DNA of 64,000 bases from Antedon mediterranea (lineage: Eukaryota; Animalia; Echinodermata), in contig NC_092670.1 of assembly GCF_964355755.1 (NCBI RefSeq), positions 6,252,201 through 6,316,200 on the forward strand, in the 5' to 3' direction. The notes beneath the pieces are model-generated. The model ran no database searches and was not told the origin of the DNA. It saw only the letters and a program-made list of their open reading frames with translations. A program made the position numbers and the translations under genes. This document shows, in pieces, positions 41,201 through 51,826 of the stretch. Numbering within the stretch: the stretch's first letter is position 1; each line of letters opens with the position of its first letter.

Positions 41201-44200
41201 AAAATTGTCTGATCCCATAATCTATATCTGTTAGGATGTATTACCGTTTAATTGTTATATTAAAAAATATTATTAATAATATGCAAATTTATTCAAACAT
41301 GTGAAATAGACAGGATAGCTGTTGGGTAAATCCAAAATGCATTAAAAATATTTCGGCAGCACTAAATGCTAATAGGTAAATAGCAGAGATTAACAGAGAC
41401 AGTAGTGTATGGTGCTACGCGCAAAGTCAAAATTGTTTTGACGTAAGAGCTAAGTGCTTTAGCCCAAGTGCTCTCTGATTACGATGCGTTTCAACATAAG
41501 TGGTGTAGGTAATTATAAACCTCAGATGCTTTAGGACCTGACTATCATTATACAATATTTGTTAGATATAAGTTCTGGCTTGCATTTTAATGTATTTTCA
41601 ATTTCTTGTTAGATTTTAAGCAAACAAATTATGAAACTAAATACTATTTTTTTTTATGAATAATATTCCCTTCAATTAAAGATAATTTTTTGGACTCAGA
41701 TTTTAGTGGTCTTTAGTAGCTTTGGTGTGTACTGCATAATTTTTCTCAATTTCTTCAAATTCTCGATGGCTGTTCTACCTTAAAACGCATTAATTTTAAA
41801 TGTTTATTTTAAAGTTTTGAAGGGAAATGTTCAGTAGGTTTCACCCAAACTCTGGTCTTTGAGGGAGTCTTTAATTTTGGACTGAGCGACTAATTGTAGA
41901 AGAAGGCAATCATCCAGGGCCGTAAAACAGCGGTCTTTAACTTGATCAGGCAGCCTTTAATTGTATGGGTCTTTAATTGAGACTACTACTACTAAACCTT
42001 TCCACCCAGGTGTACAAATGGGTACCTGGGTAATGTAAAAACGCAACTACGCTGATTACTAGTTGCAACATGAAAGTATGTTTTCATCAGTTCAAATCAA
42101 ATCAAATCAATCTCTTTTTTCATCAATACAATTAATCGTGTATTGTATTGTATTTTTTAAACAATGACCGGTATAATTAAATGTGAAACTCTATAGGCTT
42201 TATAGTATGTGCTATACAAGTATGATGTATTATTATTATTAATCATGTGATCTCTCGTCATGTGATTAAAGTTTGTTCTCTAGTCAATATTAATGGTAAT
42301 GAGATAACTACATACTATAACCAAATCACACTATAACCTGACGAGGTCACCTATCCTATTTTTAAGGCTATATTACACATTTTAAAGTATGAAAGTCATA
42401 ATTAAGTATGAAATTAAACAGTGTTTTTGGATCTCATTTATAAAGTATATGAGTAAATATATTATTATTATATACAATGCTGGCAAGGTCAGTTTATATT
42501 TAGGTTTATAATTTATAAAGTCATTGACCTTTACTTTTTAGTTCTACAGTAAAACAAATGTTTGTAAATATTCATAACTCACAAAACAGTTACACACTAC
42601 TGTACATTTAGAATAAAACCGACACCACTAGAGTTATCTCCATTTTATGGATGATATAAACGTTTAGATTAAGTGGACATTTACATTGACATGCCAGTAA
42701 ACATATGACGTAATGACCCTTGGGATCTCTAGTAGCGCTTAGGAAGCTATTCCACCGCTAGCGGTAGTACACAGGTTTAGGCCAGGCTATGCGTGTAGCT
42801 CAGGCCTAGCGTAGATCCCTAATTTTCCAATGCACATTATCATAAAAAATATGTCATATTTAGGACTACAATGGAAATAAGTTTGCTGTCTCGGTACTTT
42901 AATGTGTTTTTATCCTATGATTTTATGTCAGAATAAAAAAATAAATAAAAAGTGACAGTCGACATAGGTAACATGAAAATCTAAAAGTCCCTAATAATAA
43001 CATACCATGAACAACAACCCCTTCCTCCAACAATGACTGCCACATCCCAACTGCTTGCGTTCGTGAATGTATCAAACTTATAGGACTTTGCTGGATCAAC
43101 CAATCGACCATCTCTGAACCAACAAGACATCGTCTGTACGTTCTTAAATGGAGCTTGCGGTCGCGGATTAGTGTAGGAGATCGTGTAAGAATTGATGTGC
43201 GGAGAATGGATCCCGCTCTTGCAAGTTTATCTGATGGAGTCTACAATTTATGAAAAAATTTAAGTAGAAGTTAAAATGTCATACAATATCTAAAAATTTC
43301 AAAATATACCATCTAAAAAAAAGAAATTTTGTTCAGGTCCGAGCGATAAAGTTCTTTTACATATTATCATTATGACCGAATATAATCCTATTCATGAGTA
43401 ATCCCACCCTTTTAATTAGGCTAAACTCAAACACAAGACTATTTATTTTCTTTTTTTTTCCTGTGACTATATTCTGCCATACAGTAATTGCTATATCATG
43501 TCATTGTTATGTTATGTTTTAAAAAATTGAAATTGCTCTCCACACTCAAGACACCATTACATGCACACTCAGGTTGTCTGAGCATACAAATAATATTCTA
43601 AACAAAAGGGCTTCTTATCAAGGTGTTATGGTGTGTGGTTCTTCATAGAACAATTAAATTTTAAATATCTGATGTCTCTTGTCTAACAATATTGGTTCAC
43701 TGTTTGCCTAGTTCGCCCTCTAGTGTTGAATCTATTTGCTATTCTGTTAATATCTATAAACCACATATCATTTCAAGTTCAAACAAGTAATAACCTAAGT
43801 GACATTGAAATATTTTTGACACGCTAAAAAGAAGAAAGTATGAAAAATTTAAAAGATTAGCTATTAATATCTATATTTAACATAACACCCTCAGGATACC
43901 ATAAATGTCATATCACTTTGTCGGCTTTTCTTATTTAGATGCTTCCAATTCAAAAAATCCTTCAAACTTAACCGGAGGATTCTCGACGGCTCGTCATTTT
44001 AGCTTAGCGTGAGAAATGAAAGCTCAAGGCAAATTTCTTTATGTGATGATATTTAAAAGATCTTAAAGTAGTCTGCAATAAAACCTGAATCTCAATGTAG
44101 AAATTTTCAAAAAGTAAAAATATATTTAAGAATCCTTTTTTTTAATTTATAAATATAAATAATTATATTGTATTATTTTGTCTTTCTATGTTATGTTGCT

Positions 44201-47200
44201 GTTGGATGATGTGGAAATAAAATTATAAAAATTTAAAAGCAAGTTAAGGTAATTAGTTTTGTGTATGAATATGTATGATATTGTGTGTTTTCTTTTGCAG
44301 ACTTTAGCGAAAAAGCTGACACACAAGAACCATTGGTGGCGCTAGACAACATCGACACACGATAAGTGATGATAAACAATCAACTTTGAGGGTGCAAAGT
44401 ATTTTCAATCCAAAAAATAATGCATGGCGTTCAAATCGCCTGAAATACTTCACTTTTCTCACTGAGTGCAAAATAATGTTGTTTTCGCAAATACAACAAA
44501 AGTGCAGCTGTTCTCAATAACATGTTTTAATATCAAATATGATTAATACGGGCCTCAAGACATAGCGTGTACTAAAAATAAGTACAGTATGTTATGTAGG
44601 TTCTATATTTGACAAAATTGAACACTTTCTTATCATTCACTGTTGTTTTTATTTCAAGCGGCATTGGTTAAAAGATGTTATTAACCATGAGTTAAATTTA
44701 AAGATTACATAACTGCTATACATACTTTCAAGACATTGTATCAGATCTCCACTAAAAACTTTTTTTTTTATTTGTAGCTTGTAAATGTGCAGTTAATTGT
44801 AAAACAATAATATTAAATACATTTTTGAAGAATTTTGTTTGTACATTTGAAAAATACAAATGTTCACTCTGATTTTGGTTTTCTTGTATAATTGTACATG
44901 CAAACATCTAAAAAAAAATGTTTTGCTTTATGATCAGTATGGCTATTATTTGTTGATGGATGCGATGGATGTATACCTCTAATGACAAAAGATATTACCT
45001 GGACAAGTGGAAGTGCCGGGTGTATAGGATTTGATCCTTCTTTCCCTTTTCTTGACGTATTCTAAAAAAAAAATCACAAAAGACAGGCATTTTATCTAAA
45101 TGTGTTTTCAAATTGTAGTACAAAAAACAATTTTAATGGTTTGATTCTTTTGAATGATGTTGGACTAACACAATTTATTACATTAAAGAAAAATAAGGAA
45201 TACGAGTCATGAGGCACTACCAAGACGACAGGAAAAAGGCGGCCAAGCCAGCAGGGCTCAATATTTGTTCTAGTTCAGAGCAAAGCAGATCTTTTTAATA
45301 TGAGAACACCATACATATGTCAACTTTAAAAAAAATCTATGCTAACATTTATTTCTACTTAAAAGATTTAATTATTCTCCATCAAATGTGCATTATTAAA
45401 TCTTTATGTCATCAACTATTCATTTAGTCATTCTATTATTCAATGTCACTCTTTTTAGTACTAAAGAAGAACCCTTTTTTTAAATCGATAATTATTTTCA
45501 ATTATAACATTTAATTAGCATTCATTAAATCTGCGTTAATTAATCTTTATGACATTTAACATTTAATCACAATGTCTTTGTAATCTTTTAAAGATTTGAT
45601 TTATTTCTTCTCAACAACTGGGCGACCTTTTCAGAGTACATTACTGTTCTCTCAGGCTTGTATACATGTTTATCATGTTTTTTAGCATAACATTGTACAA
45701 TTTATAAACAGTAACCACATCGATAATTTTAAATAACCACCTGTATATAAAAATAAATGCTACAATTTGCATAACAGCCATAAAATTGAGTAGTGGTTAA
45801 GACAGTGGAATTGTAATAGATAGCCATACTATTGGCAAGGATCCGAGGCTCACTCATTCAATGGTTCTGGTGGTCGATCGAGTCTTCTAGGAAAAGATTA
45901 TAAACCATAGGTCTAGTGTACAAGTGTGCCCTTTAAAGAACCTAGTACATCTTTATAGATGAGTAGATGGTTCCCCTGATGTACTAGTACACACACAGCC
46001 ACTGTCTCAAGTGTCTTAAATGCTTGTAACACTGTTGGAACAGTACCATGAGTACCCTATATAAAGTGTACTTAAATGTAATCATAACATTAACATTTCA
46101 GTCTGCCTATATTCTAAAATTAATGTAAGATTAGTCATTCATTAAGCAGCAATATGTTTAAACCAGTCACCCAGCCAAAAGCTTTGTTATGGTGTCACTG
46201 GAAATACAGTTGTTATATAATTTGTACACATAGAAGCAATTCTTCCAAAAGTTTACTTAAATGTAATCATATCAACATGTTTCTTTACACAAAAGTCTTT
46301 GCATTGCATCAGAAAAACGTAATGTTTGATACTGTACCTGACTACTCATTCTTGTGATATTTTGACCAGCTATCCAATGAATATTTGTATCTGTAAGAAG
46401 ACAACCAAAGAACAAGTTTATTTTGTATTCATTTTTCCTAAATCATCAACCATAACACTTTTGAACTTCTTTCAGAATTGTTTTGTAAAGTAATACAGGG
46501 TCACAATGAAGGATATTCGGGCTTAATTGTTATTGTATTTACAGTATGCTGTAGATATTTTAATTTTATAGTTTGAAGTTATTTCAACTTTGCGGTTATT
46601 GTTTAACTTACTAACTATAGTCCCTTTCTGCTGAAAGAAAATAGCTTTGATATACAGTAGAACCTCCTTTGAGACACCCTTAATCAAGGGACACCTCTAA
46701 AGGAGACACTTTCCTGTGGAACAAGCGGCAATATTATGTTTAACACGTTTTTAAAGTCATCCAGTCAAAAGCTTTTTAAGTCCTTCTCCTGTCTCTGGAA
46801 ATACTGTTATTTATTATCCTTTTTACACTTAAGCCTAGTACTTTGAACTACATCCCTTTAGCATGATAATGGTAACAGGCAACACTTTCTTTCTATGAGA
46901 TTTTTCAATAAAAAAAGATGGTCCAACCCAAAAGAGTAGGACTACAGTTTCAGCAGAGTAGACTGCAGCAGGACACTCCATCCCCAACTTACTGTACATA
47001 AATTACCTTTTTTAAAAAAACACCTGGCCTAAACCATAAACAATACTTCATCCTAGTAAATTACAGGTAGTATGACAAAATACTTTATCAAAATGATCAA
47101 AGATCAATTCCATGTTAACAACATACTAGATAAAAATTATTAGTTCCTCTTTCATCTCAGTTTTTCTTTCCCTTTCTGTTTGTTTTACACTTTAAAATAT

Positions 47201-48591
47201 GAGTGTAAATATAACTATCACATCAAAATCACTATTTACAAAGATAGAGATATTTACACAAATCAGGAATTTGATAATTAGGAAGTAGTAGACATTAAAA
47301 TGGAATGCTATATATATATATATCCTCAGTTTAAGGTGGAGATTAGTTGTTAGGAAAAGCCTCATTGGTGATAGGTTACTGGCTTTCAATTTCTGTGTCA
47401 AGGAATAAAATGAAGAAGCACATTCCAACTTCTCTTTATGCGCACAATGAAATATGGTTTATTTCTAGGTTGTTGCAAATCAAAAGCTTTCTATGTAATG
47501 TTCTGATTTGGTCTAATAAATTTCAGGTTTTTCAAAAGGAAGTATAGTTTCTTTCAATACCTCTGCAAGAATATAAAGAGTATTAAGCAGGACAACACGT
47601 CTCTGAATAAACTTTTTCACCTTTAAACAAAAATTCTACATAAGTAGATAAAGTTCACAACTAGAATGATCAAAGTGACCGATATTTCACACAATGCATT
47701 TTAGTTAATTTACAACAATCAACATTATTTTATCATATGTACATTTGTTCGTGAATGTCATAGGTTAAACAACAGGCCAATTAACACTATGGCTTCAAGT
47801 CACAATTGCTACAAATCAGAAAGGTTATAACTACTATTTTATGAGTCTATCACTAAATTGCTATTATACTTTGTACTCCAAACCACTCATTTTTTCCCTT
47901 GTAAATTTGTACCTAAAATGTTTTTTTCATTTTTAATCACACTAAACTTAATTTGGTCAAATTTGGCTGAAAAGTCCAATCCAAACACTGGCAATATAAT
48001 TAAATAAACACCAAGTACTGTTGTGCTTTTACCGACCACCGTCTGTCCAGTTAAACTTCATCCATCATGATTTTGTTAAACTAACCAACTGCTGTTATTC
48101 CAATAGTGTTAAAAAGTGCGAAATTTTAGTGCCTCTGATTTGCAAATTAGTGATAGATCTTAATTTAGAATTGCAGGGTAAATGAATAAAATGAAAACAA
48201 AAAGTTTAAAAAATCTGAATAGAAAGATAGAAAGTAGAACTCAGATGTCATTATGACGAGTAACATTCAGTAACATTTAACTAAATAAAGAAAAACATGA
48301 ACCAGTTCTCTGGTTACTATAGAACATGAAGCAGACACCAGTAACACTGATGGTACCTTATGCCATTGAACAGGGTCAAGCTTTGAGCATTATTGGAGGA
48401 CCAACGAGCAGTTAGTTTAAGCAGTTTGCATACAAATTTACCCGAAAGTATTGATTGAATTCATGTACCACATGCTTTGGTCTAGTCTATAAAATAAAAA
48501 CAATGCACCTACCTCTATCCCCAGAAAGATCGGATATAGAAATCGGAAGAGTACATGGTGTGAGCAGTCCTTCCATCAACTGCTTATTATT
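11206..48591 (-). CDS. RAPGEF4: Epac / Rap guanine nucleotide exchange factor 4-like (cAMP-GEF), 5'-partial, 18 coding exons in window
   Basis: complement(join(11206..11275,12004..12113,13065..13268,17666..17756,18114..18292,18761..18886,19219..19316,19516..19662,19934..20153,20561..20711,20967..21128,21417..21753,23596..23741,35493..35676,43006..43240,44999..45061,46338..46390,48513..>48591)) = 2655 nt, open frame. Motifs: DEP ([17 protein letters not shown]), CNB-B ([23 protein letters not shown]), REM ([17 protein letters not shown]), RA ([12 protein letters not shown]), CDC25-HD ([27 protein letters not shown]), C-terminus [17 protein letters not shown]. Confidence 0.96.
12004..12113 (-). 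CDS. RAPGEF4: RAPGEF4 exon (CDC25-HD end)
   Basis: [36 protein letters not shown](R); TTTCAG acceptor, GTTATT donor. Confidence 0.9.
12710..12833 (+). mobile_element. Left-end fragment of the same Kolobok-like MITE
   Basis: ATGTATTGTCCCCCAAAAACATGAAAAA..GTTAATCACTTCTGTAGAAA..CACTTATAA aligns to 25664-25798. Confidence 0.75.
13065..13268 (-). CDS. RAPGEF4: RAPGEF4 exon (CDC25-HD)
   Basis: [58 protein letters not shown]. Confidence 0.95.
14085..15522 (-). mobile_element. Non-autonomous Helitron, family A, solo copy (1438 bp)
   Basis: On the - strand A|TCTATATATAAATTTACGTAAGGGC ... hairpin ... CTAG|T: TC start, CTAG end, inserted in AT with no TSD; colinear with 56703..58345. Confidence 0.9.
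16351..16857. mobile_element. MITE with ~50-bp TIRs and AT TSD (ISL2EU/PIF-Harbinger-like)
   Basis: AT|AGGGAGGTTTCGCAACCTTACGAATACGATAATGAAAACGGATACGTCAC ... GTGATGTATCCGTTTTCGTTATCGTATTCGTAAGATTGCGAAACCTCTCT|AT. Confidence 0.85.
16887..17478 (+). mobile_element. Helentron/Helitron2-associated non-autonomous element (HINE, DINE-1-like)
   Basis: T-run start, subterminal IR ACCTCCGCC (16892)/GGCGGAGGT (17444), 5' hairpin ACCTCC-GCCAA-GGAGGT, (TG/TGTT)n microsatellite, two ~137-bp internal units (16980, 17117), 3' hairpin GTACTC-TCG-GAGTAC, end CTAGTT. Confidence 0.85.
17266..17335 (-). pseudogene. tRNA-derived cassette (A/B boxes) inside the HINE
   Basis: Reverse complement GACAGTGAGGTGTAATGGTTA..GGTTCAAGTCCCACTGAGG followed by a long T run; acceptor and anticodon stems imperfect. 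Confidence 0.55.
17666..17756 (-). CDS. RAPGEF4: RAPGEF4 exon (CDC25-HD)
   Basis: (Y)[30 protein letters not shown]; absent from the ORF track. Confidence 0.94.
18114..18292 (-). CDS. RAPGEF4: RAPGEF4 exon (CDC25-HD)
   Basis: [48 protein letters not shown]; donor GTAAGT. Confidence 0.95.
18761..18886 (-). CDS. RAPGEF4: RAPGEF4 exon (CDC25-HD start)
   Basis: [42 protein letters not shown]. Confidence 0.94.
19219..19316 (-). CDS. RAPGEF4: RAPGEF4 exon (RA domain)
   Basis: (E)[32 protein letters not shown]; donor GTGAGT. Confidence 0.92.
19516..19662 (-). CDS. RAPGEF4: RAPGEF4 exon (RA domain)
   Basis: (N)[48 protein letters not shown]. Confidence 0.94.
19934..20153 (-). CDS. RAPGEF4: RAPGEF4 exon (REM-RA linker)
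   Basis: [29 protein letters not shown]; TTACAG acceptor, GTGGGT donor, phases fit both neighbours. Confidence 0.88.
20561..20711 (-). CDS. RAPGEF4: RAPGEF4 exon (REM), preceded by AC acceptor of the U12 intron
   Basis: (H)[50 protein letters not shown]. Confidence 0.9.
20712..20966 (-). other. U12-type (minor spliceosome) AT-AC intron
   Basis: 5' site ATATCCTTT at 20966, branch site TTCCTTGAC at 20730-20722, 3' end ..GATCAC at 20712; splicing gives LCPALMEHYH in frame. Confidence 0.92.
20967..21128 (-). CDS. RAPGEF4: RAPGEF4 exon (REM)
   Basis: (K)[45 protein letters not shown]. Confidence 0.94.
21417..21753 (-). CDS. RAPGEF4: RAPGEF4 exon (cAMP-binding domain B)
   Basis: (L)[82 protein letters not shown]. 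Confidence 0.96.
21900..22240. repeat. A/purine-rich low-complexity tract with internal duplication
   Basis: AAGTAAT(G/A)ATAAAAAGAAGATAAAAA occurs twice; source of spurious Phe-rich ORFs. Confidence 0.8.
23596..23741 (-). CDS. RAPGEF4: RAPGEF4 exon (CNB-B N-terminal helices)
   Basis: (P)[48 protein letters not shown]. Confidence 0.95.
25662..25995. mobile_element. Kolobok-like MITE (TTAA TSD, AG..CT termini), full copy
   Basis: TTAA|AGATGTATTGTCCCC ... GGGGACAATACATCT|TTAA, 15-bp perfect TIR. Confidence 0.85.
28535..28669. repeat. 32-bp minisatellite x4.2
   Basis: GCTACCATGTCCTTCCACTTGGGTTTTAAGAG units at 28535, 28567, 28599, 28631, 28663. Confidence 0.92.
30690..31770. repeat. 94-bp-core minisatellite, ~10 units
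   Basis: GGGAAAGATACTGGAGAAGAAGGGCAACCATGGTGAACC.. at 31206, 31300, 31394, 31488, 31582; longer, diverged units at both edges. Confidence 0.95.
31985..32110 (-). mobile_element. SINE 3' tail remnant
   Basis: Reverse complement contains CAGACGAATGAGCGC (exact 15-mer of 38740-38754), then TGGCAGC and ACATCTA in the same order as the 38545 SINE tail. Confidence 0.5.
33106..33255. mobile_element. PIF/Harbinger-like MITE, copy 3 (diverged)
   Basis: TAA|AGCTCTGTGTATACTATCAAACT ... TTTGTCACATAAAGTTTGATAG..GTGGACAAAGCT|CAA. Confidence 0.7.
35493..35676 (-). CDS. RAPGEF4: RAPGEF4 exon (DEP end)
   Basis: (V)[47 protein letters not shown]; absent from the ORF track. Confidence 0.94.
36195..36508. repeat. 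Imperfect ~65-90-bp tandem repeat x4
   Basis: AATATATTACGGACTGTCTAGAATATTAGGTACCCC..CCCCTATAATATAACAG recurs four times. Confidence 0.85.
38545..38877 (+). mobile_element. tRNA-derived SINE with Nin/Deu-type central domain and L2-like tail
   Basis: GGATAAGGTCTATAAACCGTAGATCCAGTG..GCACTTAAAGAACC..GAGTAAAGGGTTACTCCGGTG core; tail AGCGCCATGAGCA..GTCGCTACATAAAT..ATTATTA. Confidence 0.7.
43006..43240 (-). CDS. RAPGEF4: RAPGEF4 exon (DEP domain)
   Basis: [72 protein letters not shown]. Confidence 0.95.
44999..45061 (-). CDS. RAPGEF4: RAPGEF4 linker exon (63 nt, phase 0-0)
   Basis: T-tract plus TAG acceptor, CAG|GTAATA donor; [21 protein letters not shown]; supported by splice signals and phase only. 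Confidence 0.7.
45788..46090 (+). mobile_element. Second copy of the same SINE family
   Basis: A-box-like TAGTGGTTAAG head; AGGCTCACTC.TTC.ATGGTTCTGGTGG, TATAAACCATAGGTCTAGTGTACA and TTAAAGAACCTAGTACATCTTT shared with the 38545 copy. Confidence 0.7.
46338..46390 (-). CDS. RAPGEF4: RAPGEF4 linker exon (53 nt, phase 1-0)
   Basis: TCTTCTTACAG acceptor, CAG|GTACAG donor; (D)[17 protein letters not shown]; needed to reconcile phase between 48513 and 45061/43240. Confidence 0.68.
48513..48591 (-). CDS. RAPGEF4: RAPGEF4 exon following CNB-A
   Basis: [26 protein letters not shown] resembles the post-CNB-A segment of Epac2 (..YMAGLLAP..); TTTTATAG acceptor, AG|GTAGGT donor. Confidence 0.8.
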
Positions 48592-51500
48592 CTATAAAAA
48601 CGCAAACAACAAAAAAATTTTACGCAAATGCTGTTATGTACGTCAGAAAAGGCTAGATAAAATCACATTGAAATATAAATTACACCCATAAGTCGAAAAC
48701 AATCAAACAAATAAAGACTATTCGTCTGCTTACCACTTAGTATTCAAGATAAACATAATTCAAAACGGCACATTTTGCGTAACTACTTTAGATATAATTA
48801 TATCGATTAGATAAAAATACTGTCTCCTTGTTGGGTAAACAAAAACCAGGCAATAAAAACGAATGTTCTCAGCTGCAGATGGCCAATGACACGGCAGGAA
48901 ACACTATTGCTAGAAACATATGACATAAGGGAAGAAATTTATTGTCTTTCTGACAGAGGCGATAAGAGAAAAGATTGATTCTGAACCGATATAACTATGA
49001 CGCTGCTTGATTTTAAGCACAAACTACTGAACGATTGTAATTGACGAAAATCGGATCACAATGATAACATTTGTAGAAAAACAAAAACAAATGGTTTTGA
49101 TTAATAGCATACTTACACTTGTTACTTAACCTCATTTATACTGATTTTGTAAACATCTTAAGGAGACTTTCTATGATACTTGTTATTTACGACCTATCCT
49201 TTTCGACTATATCTTTTATATTATAATTAAAGGTTTACCTATTTTAAATTTATAGGTAATATAAAAATCCAAGAAAATTGTTCTATGCTAAAAATAATAC
49301 ATTTTCTAATAAAATTTATTAGATAGAACAAATTTCGAGATGAGAAATATTTTGTAATGTCCTACAGTAATTTAGGAACTTTTAGAAGAAAGCAAAAATA
49401 GTAAAACCAGAGATACTCAACTTTTAAAAGCCAATATTCAGAAAGTTTGCTTTATGGAGATTTTGGGTAAAAATAACATAAATTGATATTATTCAAATTA
49501 TATTAAAATAAAGTGATTGATTTTATTAAAATAAAATAATGATTGGATACTAAAAAATATCTCATTATGAAGTATTTTAAGATAGGTATACAATAGTAAT
49601 TCTTACCTTTTTATGATAAATTACTTTAAAATTTGAAAGAAATTATAGAAAATGTATTCAGTAAAAACAATAACAATCCTTTTGAAATCTATATTTCCAC
49701 AGAATCTATAATTATTAAGACAACAGCCAAACCATCATATACCCGTTTGAATCTACAATCAAATAAATCTACTTTGATAACTGTTTTCTGCTTTCTCTAT
49801 ATCTGTGACTGTGCTCTTCCTAGCCTGACAGACTTCTGTTCAGAATTGCAAGCAGCAGAATTTGATGTTTTTTTGTCGGATATACTCAACTAATCTATCG
49901 ATCATCAATTAACAATAAAAAAGTCATTGTACCATTTAGAAGAACTTGAGTTTAAGTGTATACGAGACAACAAGGGGCCATGCATATTTTATAAACTTTA
50001 AAAACATGTTCACAACTTGTTCTGAAATGACCTTATAAAAATTCTTAAAAAGATCATTTTATTTATTTGAACTATTTATAGATGTTCAAAACAAATTATG
50101 ATTCATCAAAATATCATTTGAAAAACGTCATACACCGCATTTATCAATTATGCATTAATTTAGTAAGATATACCTCTGACGTAAAATTCACTGAGCATGT
50201 TCAAGAACAAACTCTCTGATTGGTTGCAATGTTTGGTTTTCATATAATTTATTTACCCAGAGAGTGAAAGTTAAAATAGATAACCTACTTATGTCTTATG
50301 AAATTCAAAAACAATGTGTTCAAAAGAATAAATGGAAAAAGAAGTATGAGTGGGTGTTTAAGTAATTGATTAATGGAATTAAAAGATGAAAATGAAATTA
50401 TTTGAGCAAAATCAAATCAGGTTTGCGGTACAGTTCCAAGTGTTTCTGAAAAAGAAATAAAGTAAAGTAGATTTTCCTTGATTACTCGTCCATGCTACAG
50501 AAGCATATAACATGAATTTATTAATTGCATCAATTATTGTACAATTTTCTAATTTAAACAAAAAAAATCTTTCTGACCCATGACTTGGCCATTCAGGTTT
50601 GTTGATTATGTTTATTAATTGTGTTTAATTTAACGTTCATGTATCATAATTTTTTATTATTATTTTTGTTTCAATTTTAAATAGATTGTAATTTTATCTT
50701 GTAAATTTAATCTGTATAAGATGTTAAATCAAACTAAAATACAATCCATTAAAAAATAAATGTTTTTTATTACTCTTCATATTAAATTACAAATTTATGA
50801 CTTGAAAAACATTTTAAAACCAGGTTTTTAGTTTAAAGTGAATTTTTAATGTTATTATCATTTTTTTTAAATAGAAACTGACAGCATCTTTAAAGTGAAT
50901 TTTGAATTTTAAATCGAAAAGAAATATTTGGTATTTGAAAAAACAATGTAATACAAAAAGTACAAAATATTTTATACATATTCAACTCATTTGTCGGACA
51001 GACCTTAAGGAAGGCTGTCTCAACTTAACTTTAAATTACCAATACCATCCTTAGAGCAAGATTACTACTGGTTTATCCAGATATCTAGCCACTGCTTCTG
51101 CATCAAATGACCGGCCTATATAATTATAATTTTGATCTTTAAGATTTCAGTTTTCTGGGGTAATCACTGTATCGGCTAAATCTCTTGAGAACGCTCATAC
51201 AAATGTACTCAACTTCTCGGCCAATTCAAAGCTCCTTTGTGAATAGTAGTTAATAGTAGAAAATTAAAAATTGTCATCTTTTGAAATTTTGCTGGATTAT
51301 GCAAAGAAATTATTATTATTGTTAATGTGAATATCTCATGAGAATTATTTAAGATCTTATCTTTATTTCAAAGGTTAAAGATGTATAAATTATCGTAGGA
51401 AATTATTTAGAATAGATTAAACTTATTTAAATATATAAAAAAAGACAATATTACATTGATTTGAAAAGATTTTTAAAAATGAAACCATTTATAGGGTCCT

Positions 51501-51674
51501 GAAGTGGTCCCTTTTTATGTATTAATCTTGTATTACAGTATGTGGTGTCTGTTGGATTTGTAAAAAAATAAAGAGACGGACCCTCCAGACATGAATGAGA
51601 AATTGAGGTGTTGCAAGTCAGTATTTTAAATTTACTGCTACAGTACATAACCTTTCAAGATTCACCAACAAGAA

Positions 51675-51826
51675 CAAGGGTGGATCCAAGGTTGGGGGAG
51701 GAGGAACAGCAGGCCTGCCTCCTCGCCCTAAATTTTGCAAATTGTAATGCAAAAGAAGGACATCAAATTAAGCTCAGCCCTTCATTTCACCATTGTTTTT
51801 ATTTAAAAATCCTAGATCCGCCACTG
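51675..51826. mobile_element. Degenerate hAT-like MITE (CAG.GGCGGATC termini)
   Basis: CAAGGGTGGATCCA ... TAGATCCGCCACTG; no intact TSD. Confidence 0.4.

Noticed and set aside
40731-41230. Coding-looking stretch in a RAPGEF4 intron
   Set aside because: The frames I translated are interrupted by stops, no protein motif is recognisable, and no exon is needed for phase.
41995-42110. TCCACCCAGGTGTACAAATGGGTACC SINE-core-like remnant
   Set aside because: Too short and degraded to delimit as a feature.
46654-46720. CAGTAGAACCTC.. pogo/Tc1-like MITE ends (similar pieces at ~32760 and ~62970-63117)
   Set aside because: Only degraded single ends; no TIR pair with TSD could be fixed.
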